Origin: a virus
IMG/VR virus record: IMGVR_UViG_3300045988_088582
Coordinates: 1-35,647 of that record
Length of the DNA stretch: 35,647 bases
Direction: 5' to 3' (one strand)
Below the pieces are notes generated by a model. That model was given only the letters and a program-made list of their open reading frames with translations. It made no database searches and was not told the DNA's origin. The translations under genes were made by a program, and so were the position numbers. Positions 15,771 to 24,620 of the stretch are shown in pieces; position 1 is the first letter of the stretch; the number at the start of each line of letters is the position of its first letter.

Positions 15771-17013
15771 GTTTCAGCAGGAGTACCTGCGCAACTGTTC
15801 CCACCGGTGGAACGTCAAGACCGGAGCCACCCGAAGCGGCAAGACCTACCTGGACTGTGCCGTGACCATCCCGAAGCGGATCTGCGCGGCCCGGGGCGAG
15901 GGCCTGCTGGTGCTCATGGGCAACACCCTGGGCACACTGGAGCGCAATGTGCTGTCCCTGATGCGGGAGCTCTGGGGCCCCGACCTTGTAGGTGTGATCC
16001 GCACCTCGGCAGCAGGCAACGTGGTACAGCTGTTCGGCAAGAAGGTCTATGTCCTCGGCGCTGACAACAAGAAACACATCGCCCGCATCCAGGGCGCTGC
16101 CTTTGAGTACGTCTACGGTGACGAGATCACCACATGGGACGAAGGCGTGTTCCAGATGCTGAAAAGCCGCCTTTCCTGCCCCCACTCCCATTTTGACGGC
16201 ACCTGCAACCCGGAAAGCCCCACTCACTGGTTCAAGAAGTTTCTGGACAGCGTCGCTGACATCTACTGTCAGGCGTATACCATCGACGATAACCCTACGC
16301 TTCCGGCCCAGTTCGTGGCCGATCTGAAAAAAGAATACACCGGCACGGTCTACTATAACCGCTTTATCTTGGGGCAGTGGATGGCCGCCAACGGCGTGAT
16401 CTACCGCCTGCTGGCCGACAGCCTTGCCGCCGGAGATGGGCGTTTTTTCTGGCCTGTGGACAAGCCGCTGCACCCGTGGCGGGTGCGCATTGGCGTGGAC
16501 TTTGGCGGCAACGGCTCCAAACACGCCTTTGTGGCAACGGCTATCCTGCCGGGGTATTCCGGCGTAGTGGGGCTGGCTTCCCAGCGCATCGACCCGGTGG
16601 CGCAGGATGCCGACTTCCTGGCCGACCGGCTGCTGGAGTTCTGCATGGCTGTCTTTGCCCGCTGGGGCGAGATCCAGTACATCTTCTGCGATTCCGCAGA
16701 GCAGACGCTGATCAACCACATCCGGGCAAGGCTCCGGCGCTGCAAACTGAATTGGCTGGCCGACCGGGTGGAAAACAGCGCCAAGATCCGCATCAATGAC
16801 CGCATCCGCCTGACCTGCATCCTGATGGGCGGCGGGCGGTTCTGGCTGCTGCCCGAGGCTGCCACCCTCCGGGATGCCCTTGCCACGGCCCTGTACAGCG
16901 GCAAGCACCCCGGTGTGGACGAGCGTCTGGATGACGGCAGCACCGATATCGACACATTGGACGCTTACGAGTACACCATCGAGCGCGATTTCAAGAGGTT
17001 GACCAACACATGA
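15757..17013 (+). CDS. terL: Terminase large subunit
   Basis: Walker A KTGATRSGKTY, with later acidic and nuclease-like motifs (YGDEITTW, IGVDFGG). GTG at 15757 is 6 nt after GGGAGGTG. Confidence 0.9.
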   Translation: MPLTEFQQEYLRNCSHRWNVKTGATRSGKTYLDCAVTIPKRICAARGEGLLVLMGNTLGTLERNVLSLMRELWGPDLVGVIRTSAAGNVVQLFGKKVYVLGADNKKHIARIQGAAFEYVYGDEITTWDEGVFQMLKSRLSCPHSHFDGTCNPESPTHWFKKFLDSVADIYCQAYTIDDNPTLPAQFVADLKKEYTGTVYYNRFILGQWMAANGVIYRLLADSLAAGDGRFFWPVDKPLHPWRVRIGVDFGGNGSKHAFVATAILPGYSGVVGLASQRIDPVAQDADFLADRLLEFCMAVFARWGEIQYIFCDSAEQTLINHIRARLRRCKLNWLADRVENSAKIRINDRIRLTCILMGGGRFWLLPEAATLRDALATALYSGKHPGVDERLDDGSTDIDTLDAYEYTIERDFKRLTNT

Positions 17014-18500
17014 ACATCACCGCATTTCTGAACTACCTGAACAAGACGCGCGGGTGGGCCATCGATGCCGACTACTACGGCTACATTGAGACCTGGCGGC
17101 AGTGGTGGCAGGGCAGCGTGCCCAAGGTGCACACCCGTGCCGCTGAATACGCAAACGGCCCCAAAAAGCGCCCCATTGCTTCCCTGCGGATGCCGAAACG
17201 GGTCTGCGAGGACTGGGCGAATCTCCTGCTGAACGACCGCACCACCTTCCAGATCAAGGACGCTGCCACCGCCCGGTATCTGCTGGGCGATGATGAGCAG
17301 CAGGTGGGCGGCCTGCTCCGGGAGCTGCACTTCTGGCGCAATGCCAACGCTCTGGTGGAACAGGCCTACTGGTCCGGTACCGGTGCCTTTGTGCTGAGTG
17401 CCGAAAATCTGACGGTCGTGAAAGGGAAAGCGGTTCCCGGCCCGGATACCCGCCTGAAGCTGGACTATGACCCGGCTTCCTGCATCCTGCCTCTGCGGGT
17501 GGAGCGGGGCATCGTGAGCGAAGCGGCCTTTGTCTCCGAGTGTATGATGGAGGGCAAGCCCGCGGTCTATCTGCAGACCCACACCGGCAATGAGACCCGG
17601 CGCACCATCCGCAACGAGTGGTTCCGGGTAACGGATGGGGTCTCCGGTGCTCCGGTGTTTGAAGCACTGCAGGCCCCGCCGGGTACGGCAGAAAGCATCA
17701 CGGTGGAGGGTTCCCCGCCCTGGTTTACCCTGTTCAGCCCGGCAGCAGTCAAGAACCTTGATGGCGGCACAGGGCTGGGCATGAGCGTCTTTGCCGAAGC
17801 GCTGGCCGAGGCCCAGGGCATCGACCTTGCCTTTGACAACTACCGGGAGGATATCCGGCTGGGCCACAAGAAGATCTTCTACTCTGCGGACATCTGCCGC
17901 AAGGTGGTGGACCAGGAGGGCGTGGAGCACTCTATTCCACCCGATGACGATGTGCAGAGCCAATTCGTCACCCTGCCCCAAAAGGAAGGGAGCCTCGACC
18001 AGTCCAGCGAATACCACGAATACAACCCTGACCTGCGGGTGGAACAGAACCACAAGGCTGTGCAGGATATGCTGAACCTGTTCAGCTTCAAATGCGGCCT
18101 GGGCTGCCACCGGTACAATTTCGAGCTGGGCAACGTGACCACAGCCACCGAGTACAACGGCAGCCGTCAGGATCTGGTGGCCAGCGCCAACAAGAACCAG
18201 ATCCCCATCGAGGGGGCGCTGGTGGGCATCGTGCGGGCCATCCTGTGGGCGGCAAAGAACCTGCAGGGAGCGGCGGTGGACCTCGACACCCCCATCTCTG
18301 TGGACTGGGACGACAGCTACATCACCGATGCCGAGACCCGGATGAGCCAGATGCGGGACGATGCCCTGAGCGGCCTTTTGCCCCGGTACAAGTATCTGTC
18401 TGCCCGGTACGGGGTCAGTGAAGAGGATGCCCGCAAGCTGGCACAGGAAGCCGCTGACGAAAACAAGCAGCCTGAGTTGAGCTTCGGCGGGGGCGGCTGA
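17010..18500 (+). CDS. Portal protein (SPP1 gp6-like)
   Basis: 496 aa, ATGA-coupled to terL and followed by a MuF/gp7 gene. The N-terminus FLNYLNKTRGW..YYGYIETWRQWWQG is typical of gp6-type portals. Confidence 0.85.
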   Translation: MNITAFLNYLNKTRGWAIDADYYGYIETWRQWWQGSVPKVHTRAAEYANGPKKRPIASLRMPKRVCEDWANLLLNDRTTFQIKDAATARYLLGDDEQQVGGLLRELHFWRNANALVEQAYWSGTGAFVLSAENLTVVKGKAVPGPDTRLKLDYDPASCILPLRVERGIVSEAAFVSECMMEGKPAVYLQTHTGNETRRTIRNEWFRVTDGVSGAPVFEALQAPPGTAESITVEGSPPWFTLFSPAAVKNLDGGTGLGMSVFAEALAEAQGIDLAFDNYREDIRLGHKKIFYSADICRKVVDQEGVEHSIPPDDDVQSQFVTLPQKEGSLDQSSEYHEYNPDLRVEQNHKAVQDMLNLFSFKCGLGCHRYNFELGNVTTATEYNGSRQDLVASANKNQIPIEGALVGIVRAILWAAKNLQGAAVDLDTPISVDWDDSYITDAETRMSQMRDDALSGLLPRYKYLSARYGVSEEDARKLAQEAADENKQPELSFGGGG

Positions 18501-20254
18501 TGCTGGCCCCGGACTATCTCGACCACGCACCCGACCGGTTGGTGCTTTTATTTCAGCAGGTCGAGGACGATATCCTGCGGGACGTGGCCCGGCGCATCTC
18601 CAAAATGGACACCATGACCCCCACGGCCAACTGGCAGCTTTGGCGGTATGAACAGACCAAAGCCCTCCGGCAGGACGTGGTAAAGAAGCTGGCCCGCTAC
18701 ACCGGCAAGAGCGAAGCTGAGATCCGGCGGCTCATGCAGGAAGCGGCCACCCGGGCCATGGAAGCCGAGGACGAGATCTACTATCACTACGGCAAGGAGC
18801 CCACGCCCTTTGCCGGGAATGAGACCCTGCAGGCCCTGCTCAACGCTGGCTATCAGCAGACGGCGGGAACCTTCCACAACCTGACCGCTACCACGGCCAA
18901 CACCGTCAGCGGCCAGTTTGAAGCCGCCCTCGACCGCGCCCATCTCAAGGTGAGCAGCGGTGCGTTCGACTACAAGAGCGCCGTCAAGAGCGCGGTGGAC
19001 AGTCTGGCCGACACCATGAAGTACGTCACCTACCCCACCGGCCACACCGACACGCTGGAAGTTGCCGCCCGCCGGGCGGTGCTGACTGGTGTGAATCAGA
19101 CCGGTGCAAAGCTGCAGGTGGCCCGGGCCGATGAGATGGGGGTTGAGTTCTTCGAGACCACGGCCCACGGCGGGGCCCGGCCTTCCCACGCTGAGTGGCA
19201 GGGCAAGCAGTTCCACCGGGGCGGCGCTGTGGACTACATGGGCAGACATTACCCGGACTTCGAGGCCGCCACCGGCTACGGCACCGGGGCCGGGCTTTGC
19301 GGCTGGAACTGTCGGCATCAGTTCTTTTCGGTGTTCCCGGAGCTGGGTGCACCGCCTGCGTGGACGCAGGAGAGCTTGGAAGCCCTCAACGCCCGGGACA
19401 TCGAGTACAACGGCGGCAGATACACCCGGTACGAGATCAGCCAGATGCAGCGGGCCCGGGAGCGCACCGTGCGCAAGTACAAGCGCCGGTATCTGGCTGA
19501 GGATGCCGCCGGGGCCGACACCACCGCCAGCGCGGTGAAGCTCCGGCAGGCCCGTCAGGAGCTGACTGACTTTATCAGCGCCACCGGCGGCAGGGCGGAC
19601 AGCGCCCGCACCAGCGTTGCCGGGTTTGGTCGGAGCGCCAGCAGTAAGGCAATGTGGGCGGCGAAGAAGTTTGATTCCGTGTTGCCAAACCAGCGTGGCA
19701 GTGGTGGCTCCTCCGGGCAGAGCGGCGAAACAGTTCATAAGTACCTGGGAAAAGTCGATTTGAAAGACACCCAGCAAGTGGAAGCCCTTAAGGATTCATT
19801 CTGCAGCAGCTATGCCAATTCCAAAGTCGAGAATATGATGGTCATCACCCGCAACGGTGAAGTCCATTATATGACCGACAATAATCCCCGAGGGGTTGAC
19901 TGCTCGTATCTGGGTGGTAAACTGAAAGGGAGCTACAACATCCACACACACCCGCCAGATACCACACAATATTCCTTCAGCACCGATACAGACATCCCGG
20001 CAGCATTTGCCGATGGCACCCGCATCATGGAAGCTGTGGACTACAAATACAGGTATCAATTTGCTGTTCCGCGTGAAATCACCTTTGAGCAGTGGGAAAC
20101 CGTGTGTGAGGAAGTTCGTGAGGAACAGAACGCCGTGATGGCAAGCCGTGGCTATGGATTCGATGACTACGAAGAAAACATCCAGCACGTCATTATTGAC
20201 GAAACCTGCCGTCGGCTTGGTTTGAAATGCTACCACAGGGAGAAACGGAAATGA
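18500..20254 (+). CDS. MuF / SPP1 gp7-family head morphogenesis protein with an additional ~190-aa C-terminal domain
   Basis: MuF core up to ..GLCGWNCRHQFF. A G/S linker GSGGSSGQSG is followed by a low-GC domain containing NIHTHPPDTTQYSFSTDTD. Confidence 0.85.
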   Translation: MLAPDYLDHAPDRLVLLFQQVEDDILRDVARRISKMDTMTPTANWQLWRYEQTKALRQDVVKKLARYTGKSEAEIRRLMQEAATRAMEAEDEIYYHYGKEPTPFAGNETLQALLNAGYQQTAGTFHNLTATTANTVSGQFEAALDRAHLKVSSGAFDYKSAVKSAVDSLADTMKYVTYPTGHTDTLEVAARRAVLTGVNQTGAKLQVARADEMGVEFFETTAHGGARPSHAEWQGKQFHRGGAVDYMGRHYPDFEAATGYGTGAGLCGWNCRHQFFSVFPELGAPPAWTQESLEALNARDIEYNGGRYTRYEISQMQRARERTVRKYKRRYLAEDAAGADTTASAVKLRQARQELTDFISATGGRADSARTSVAGFGRSASSKAMWAAKKFDSVLPNQRGSGGSSGQSGETVHKYLGKVDLKDTQQVEALKDSFCSSYANSKVENMMVITRNGEVHYMTDNNPRGVDCSYLGGKLKGSYNIHTHPPDTTQYSFSTDTDIPAAFADGTRIMEAVDYKYRYQFAVPREITFEQWETVCEEVREEQNAVMASRGYGFDDYEENIQHVIIDETCRRLGLKCYHREKRK

Positions 20255-20451
20255 GTTACACACTGGAACAGATAGATCAGCTTACTAAGAAAAGCGTTCA
20301 GCGAGAACGTTCCCTTGTTGCTGAGTATAAACGCACCCACTCTGTTCCCAGTAGAGGAATTATTTCCACGCCTGAAATTGATGCCGAACGAGCCGAACAG
20401 AAGCGTTTATATGGCGAGTATTGCAAATTGATTGCGAACAGAAAGGGTTGA
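20251..20451 (+). CDS. Small protein translationally coupled to the MuF C-terminal domain (candidate immunity/partner)
   Basis: ATG at 20251 overlaps the MuF stop (ATGA). 66 aa, charged and helical. Same low-GC island. Confidence 0.55.
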   Translation: MSYTLEQIDQLTKKSVQRERSLVAEYKRTHSVPSRGIISTPEIDAERAEQKRLYGEYCKLIANRKG

Positions 20452-20460
20452 GGTGTTATC

Positions 20461-20784
20461 ATGGAAGATTTTCGTATCATCTACCGCATTTTGAAGTATT
20501 TGCAGCAAAGCATGGACTTTGAGGAGTTCGATTGCGCTGGCTTTACTGCCGAGCGCTTCGGTACGAATCCGAACCGCTTTCAGGCTCTCCTGATTCAGCT
20601 TCAGAAGGCTGGGTTCATTGAGGGCCTGAACATCGTTCGCTACATTCGCCAGCCGGAGCGCATCGAGCCGCCCATGGAACCGCATATCACCTTGCAGGGG
20701 CTTGAATATCTTCAGGAAAACAGCCTGATGAAAAAGGCCGCTGCATTTGCAAAGGGTGTTAAGGAAATCGTCCCCGGCATCTAA
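20461..20784 (+). CDS. YjcQ-family protein
   Basis: MEDFRIIYRILKYLQQSMD...ITLQGLEYLQENSLMKKA..GVKEIVPGI closely follows the YjcQ family pattern. Confidence 0.8.
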   Translation: MEDFRIIYRILKYLQQSMDFEEFDCAGFTAERFGTNPNRFQALLIQLQKAGFIEGLNIVRYIRQPERIEPPMEPHITLQGLEYLQENSLMKKAAAFAKGVKEIVPGI

Positions 20785-20800
20785 CAACCAAATACCGCAA

Positions 20801-20834
20801 GCGTCTTTGCCCAGCCGGGCAGGGGCGCTTTTTT
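20801..20834 (+). terminator. Intrinsic terminator after the YjcQ gene
   Basis: GCGTCTTTGCCC / GGGCAGGGGCGC forms a 12-bp stem (3 G-U pairs) with loop AGCC, followed by TTTTTT. Confidence 0.7.
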
Positions 20835-20837
20835 CAT

Positions 20838-20914
20838 GCCGTCTTAGCTCATTCTGGAAGAGCGCCGGTCTCCAAAACCGGAAGCGGGAGGTTCGATGCC
20901 TCCAGACGGTGCCA
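20838..20914 (+). tRNA. Phage-encoded tRNA-Trp (anticodon CCA), with encoded 3' CCA
   Basis: Manual cloverleaf: acceptor GCCGTCT/AGACGGT (G1-U72); D arm GCTC-ATTCTGGAA-GAGC; anticodon arm CCGGT-CTCCAAA-ACCGG; variable loop AAGCG; T arm GGAGG-TTCGATG-CCTCC; discriminator G; CCA. U8, A14, G18G19, U33 and T54-C56 are all present. Confidence 0.9.
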
Positions 20915-21011
20915 TCGCAGAGGGCAGTGCGTACCCTGCCCACAACCGAACACGGACGGAGAACCGTGTCACCAAACCGTGGTTTCACCAACAGAAAGGA
21001 GTTTTTCCACC

Positions 21012-21572
21012 ATGAAGCGTGAAGACGTGAAGAACAAGATCCCCGGCATTACCGAGGAGCAGCTGAACTGGATCATGGCCGAGAACGGCAACGATGTCAA
21101 CCGGGAAAAGACTGCCGCCGAGCAGTACAAGACCCAGCTGGAAAACGCCCAGGTTCAGCTCAAGACCGCCCAGGACGGCCTTGCTGCCTTTGACGGTAAG
21201 AAGAAGCCCGAGGAATACGAGGCAGACATTGCCAAACTCAAGGGCGATATGCAGGCACAGGCTGATGGCTTTGCCTTTGACAATGCCCTGAACACCGCCA
21301 TTCTGGGAGCCAAGGGCCGCAGCGTCAAGGCGGTCCGGGCACTGCTGGATCTGGATGCCCTCAAGGGCTCCAAGGACCGTTCCACCGATATCTCCAAGGC
21401 TCTGGAAGAAGCCGCCAAGGCGAACCCCTGGGCCTTTGGCGAGGCGGCAGAAGGCGGCGCTGGTTCCGTTCACGTTTCCAGCGGCAAAGAGCACGGCACC
21501 CCGCCCGCCGGGGACGTTGATCCCGTGACCGCTGCCTTCAAGGCGATGAACCCCGATATCAACATCGAATGA
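21012..21572 (+). CDS. Scaffolding protein (GP20-like)
   Basis: 186 aa, helical and charged, immediately upstream of the capsid gene. ATG at 21012 is preceded by AAAGGAG. Confidence 0.7.
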   Translation: MKREDVKNKIPGITEEQLNWIMAENGNDVNREKTAAEQYKTQLENAQVQLKTAQDGLAAFDGKKKPEEYEADIAKLKGDMQAQADGFAFDNALNTAILGAKGRSVKAVRALLDLDALKGSKDRSTDISKALEEAAKANPWAFGEAAEGGAGSVHVSSGKEHGTPPAGDVDPVTAAFKAMNPDINIE

Positions 21573-21588
21573 GAGAAAGGATATTCTT

Positions 21589-22413
21589 ATGGCACATGAA
21601 GCACAGGTCCGCTATTCCAATCTGGTCGACCTCAAGCTGCGCAAGACGCTGGTGAAGAAAGTCGGCGTGATCTGCAACAACCGCTACGAGGGCAGCCCCA
21701 AGGCAGGTTCCGTCAAGGTTCCCGTCCGTGACACCGAGGTGGTGGTGAACGACTACGACAAGGCCAAGGGTGCAAAGCAGACCAGCGGTGACACCACCTA
21801 CCTCACCGTCAACATCGACCACGACAAAGCCGTGAATGAGATCATCGATGGTTTCGATGCAGAGAGCGTTCCCGGCAATCTGGTGGCTGACCGCCTGGAC
21901 AGCGCCGGTTACTCTCTGGGCCTGCAGATGGATTCTGACGGCTCCGTGGAGCTGACCACCGCAGGCACTGCCTTCGGCAATACCACTGCCCTGACCGAAA
22001 AGACCATCTACGCCAACATCGTGGATGCACGCACTCAGCAGTCCTCCATCGGCGTGCCCACCGCAGGCCGCTGGCTGCTGGTCTCCCCGGACACCTACGG
22101 CCTGCTCCTGAAGAGCCCCGAGTTCATCAAGGCTTCCGACCTGGGCGACGCGGTCGTTCAGACCGGCGCTGTGGGCAAGATCGCAGGCTACACCGTGTTC
22201 GAGGATTCCACCCTGGGCGAGAACGTGGAGTATGTGGCCGGTCATCCCAACTGGTTCGCCGTCATCGATGAGTGGGCCGTTCCCGTCCACCTGCAGGATC
22301 TCTCCGGCTCTGGCGACTTCATCGGCGCATCTGCCGTGCAGGGCCGCAAAGTCTACGCCTACAAGGTCACCAAGGACCAGACCATTCTTGTTAAGAAGAA
22401 GGTCGCAGCATAA
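21589..22413 (+). CDS. Major capsid protein
   Basis: Position between the scaffold and connector genes. 274 aa. Strong RBS context. No other capsid candidate in the window. Confidence 0.75.
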   Translation: MAHEAQVRYSNLVDLKLRKTLVKKVGVICNNRYEGSPKAGSVKVPVRDTEVVVNDYDKAKGAKQTSGDTTYLTVNIDHDKAVNEIIDGFDAESVPGNLVADRLDSAGYSLGLQMDSDGSVELTTAGTAFGNTTALTEKTIYANIVDARTQQSSIGVPTAGRWLLVSPDTYGLLLKSPEFIKASDLGDAVVQTGAVGKIAGYTVFEDSTLGENVEYVAGHPNWFAVIDEWAVPVHLQDLSGSGDFIGASAVQGRKVYAYKVTKDQTILVKKKVAA

Positions 22414-22423
22414 GGAGGCCGCC

Positions 22424-22795
22424 ATGCTTTACTGCACCTACGAACAGTACCAGACAGCGGGCGGTACGCTGGACGAGGCTGCCTTTGACACGCTGTGCGC
22501 CCGGGCTTCCCGGCTCATCGACCGGCACACCTTTGGCCGGGCAGAGCCCCACGCCAGGGCCTGTGCCGGGTGCGCCGCCCTGCTGGCCGATGCCTGCGTC
22601 CAGATCGTCGATGCCATGAGCGCCGCACAGAGCGCCTGTGCCGTACCCGGGGCTTCCAGCGTGTCCAACGATGGCTACTCCGTCACCTTCGCCAGCGGGG
22701 CGCTTTCCGAGCGGCTTGCAGCGGAAGCGCAGAGCATCCTCTCCAACGCGCTGGGCAGCGACCCCCACGGCCTGCTGTATCGGGGGTGTTTCTGA
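22424..22795 (+). CDS. Head-tail connector / adaptor protein (gp6-like)
   Basis: First gene after the capsid gene. ATG at 22424 is preceded by AAGGAGG. N-terminus YCTYEQYQ..LIDRHTFG is typical of head-tail adaptors. Confidence 0.6.
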   Translation: MLYCTYEQYQTAGGTLDEAAFDTLCARASRLIDRHTFGRAEPHARACAGCAALLADACVQIVDAMSAAQSACAVPGASSVSNDGYSVTFASGALSERLAAEAQSILSNALGSDPHGLLYRGCF

Positions 22796-23175
22796 TGCAG
22801 TGCAGCGTTACCGTTGTGAACCTCATCCACGACACCGCCACCGAGACCGACCAGCCTGTCTGCCACGTCATCCCCGGGAGCAGCTGGCGGGAGAAGCTGG
22901 ACACCTCCGGCGGCGACCCCCAGCGGACGGTGCACATCCGGCTGCCCCCTGCCGCCGGGTATCTGCCCTATTTCCAGTGGGCAAAGCTCCCGCCCGGGGA
23001 AAAGGCGGCACACTGGACGCTCAAGCGGGGCGGCAAGCTCATCTGCGGCGCTGTCCGCAGCCTGACCGAGGCCGAGTATGCTGCCCTCGAGAAAACACAC
23101 GTCTGCTGCACGGTGGCGGCGGTCTCCGACAACCGGGAACCGCTGCTGCCGCATTTTCATGTAGAGGGGAGCTGA
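22795..23175 (+). CDS. Hypothetical head-tail joining protein
   Basis: TGATG coupling to the upstream gene. 126 aa. Assigned by synteny only. Confidence 0.5.
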   Translation: MQCSVTVVNLIHDTATETDQPVCHVIPGSSWREKLDTSGGDPQRTVHIRLPPAAGYLPYFQWAKLPPGEKAAHWTLKRGGKLICGAVRSLTEAEYAALEKTHVCCTVAAVSDNREPLLPHFHVEGS

Positions 23176-23179
23176 GGAA

Positions 23180-23554
23180 ATGAGTGCACCCGTTATTGAC
23201 CTGAAGCTCAGGTTCCGGCCCGGCTTTCAGGCCGAAATGGACAAAGGCTTCCAGAAGGTCCAGTATGCGTTCTCACAGCAAGTTGCCAAAGCTGTGGACC
23301 CTTATGTACCCTTCGACACCGGCACGCTGAAGAACAGCGTCAACCAGGCATCCGACTTCAAAGGCGGAAAGCTGGTCTATAACACCCCGTATGCCCGGCG
23401 GCAGTATTACCTGCACACGCAGGGGCAGGGTCTGCATGGAGAGAACCACCTGCGCGGCTCCTACTGGGGCCAGCGGGCCATTGCTGACCACAAAGACGAA
23501 CTGATCCAGTTCGCCAAAAACGCCGCCCAAAAAGAGCTGGGAGGTGGAACGTAA
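23180..23554 (+). CDS. HK97 gp10-like / minor capsid-type head-tail joining protein
   Basis: VPFDTGTLKNSV...YNTPYARRQYY motif, plus synteny. Confidence 0.6.
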   Translation: MSAPVIDLKLRFRPGFQAEMDKGFQKVQYAFSQQVAKAVDPYVPFDTGTLKNSVNQASDFKGGKLVYNTPYARRQYYLHTQGQGLHGENHLRGSYWGQRAIADHKDELIQFAKNAAQKELGGGT

Positions 23555-24006
23555 TGCCCAAAGCGTCCATTACGGCCCTGCGGGAGTGGCTCAAGACCTG
23601 CCCGCTCATTGCAGAAGAGCAGGATGCCACAGGTGCGGCCTTCCGCATTGCCGGGCTGGAAGAGGAAGCCACCGCTTTTTCCATTGAGGACAGCCCCACC
23701 GACCCCATTGTGGAAAGTTACATCTCCGGGCGGGATCTGGCGAAGAACTACCTCTTTTTGTCCAGAAGGGAGTTCGGAGAGACCGATGTGCTCACCATTG
23801 AGAACAGCGGCTTCTTTGAACAGCTGGCCGACTGGGTAATGGAACAAAATGACTGCGGCATCCTGCCTGACCTGAGCAAATGCGGGCACGGCAAGGAGGC
23901 CCAGAGCATTGAAGTCACCTCCACCGGCTACATCGTCACTGACGGTTCCGGAAGCTGCAAAATGCAGATGCAGCTCCGGCTCATCTACTATCAACCCAAA
24001 CTTTGA
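23554..24006 (+). CDS. Hypothetical tail-completion/terminator-type protein
   Basis: TAATG coupling. 150 aa, directly upstream of the major tail protein gene. Confidence 0.5.
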   Translation: MPKASITALREWLKTCPLIAEEQDATGAAFRIAGLEEEATAFSIEDSPTDPIVESYISGRDLAKNYLFLSRREFGETDVLTIENSGFFEQLADWVMEQNDCGILPDLSKCGHGKEAQSIEVTSTGYIVTDGSGSCKMQMQLRLIYYQPKL

Positions 24007-24020
24007 AAGGAGACCATCCT

Positions 24021-24548
24021 ATGACTGTTTCCGAAACCCTGGCCGCGCTCAAGACCAAGAAGGGCATCGTGCCCAGCGCGGACTACACCGGCACCGAAAA
24101 GGCCGATGACTTCATCTTTGCCATCCAGACTGATGCCGCCACCCAGACCAAGGAGAGCGACTGGGTCGTGTTTGCAGAGCGTGTCAAGGAGCACTCCGGT
24201 GCCCTGAATGCTTCCACCGAGGACGTGGCCTATATCCGCGCAGGTACTGTCACCGAGAAGGGTGAGACCCAGCGCACCTTCTCCCTGAACGGAAACCGCT
24301 GCGTGGGCGACCCTGCGCAGGATTTCCTGCTCTCCCACAAGATAAAGTTCGGCTCCGGCACTGAGGTGGTTTTCCCTTATATCTACTTCAGCGCAAAGAC
24401 CGGCAAGGGCGAGAAGGGCACAGCTGCCTTTATTGTCACTGCCGATGCAAGCGGCTCCGCCAGCAACTCCGCAGGTTTTGCCTGCGATGTGAAGGGTGTT
24501 GGCGTTCCGGTTGAGTTCGACTACCTGACCGTAGCCGCAGCAGGCTAA
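24021..24548 (+). CDS. Major tail protein
   Basis: 175 aa. Precedes the terminator, chaperone and tape-measure genes. ATG at 24021 is preceded by AAAGGAG. Confidence 0.7.
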   Translation: MTVSETLAALKTKKGIVPSADYTGTEKADDFIFAIQTDAATQTKESDWVVFAERVKEHSGALNASTEDVAYIRAGTVTEKGETQRTFSLNGNRCVGDPAQDFLLSHKIKFGSGTEVVFPYIYFSAKTGKGEKGTAAFIVTADASGSASNSAGFACDVKGVGVPVEFDYLTVAAAG

Positions 24549-24571
24549 CCCGATTTTCAATGATTCATACA

Positions 24572-24603
24572 GCCCTCGTTCCCGGTGAACGGGGGCCCTT
24601 TTG
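24572..24603 (+). terminator. Attenuator/terminator hairpin after the major tail protein gene
   Basis: GCCCTCGTTC / GAACGGGGGC forms a 10-bp stem (1 G-U pair) with loop CCGGT, followed by CCTTTTG (a short U-run). Confidence 0.45.
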
Positions 24604-24620
24604 TAACAGGAGGATTTTCC

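Noticed and set aside
20915-21011. Three consecutive hairpins after tRNA-Trp (GGGCAG/CTGCCC, ACACGG/CCGTGT, AAACC/GGTTT) as a second tRNA or structured ncRNA
   Set aside because: No acceptor stem, no T-loop (GTTCRA) and no D-loop signatures. The third stem has only a 2-nt loop. More likely these are ordinary leader structures upstream of the scaffold gene. It cannot be excluded as a regulatory RNA without covariation data.
22495-23183. Overlapping 226-aa and 181-aa ORFs across the connector genes
   Set aside because: These are Arg/Pro/Ala-rich alternative frames of high-GC DNA. The coupled genes at 22424-22795 and 22795-23175 (RBS, TGATG junction) explain the region.
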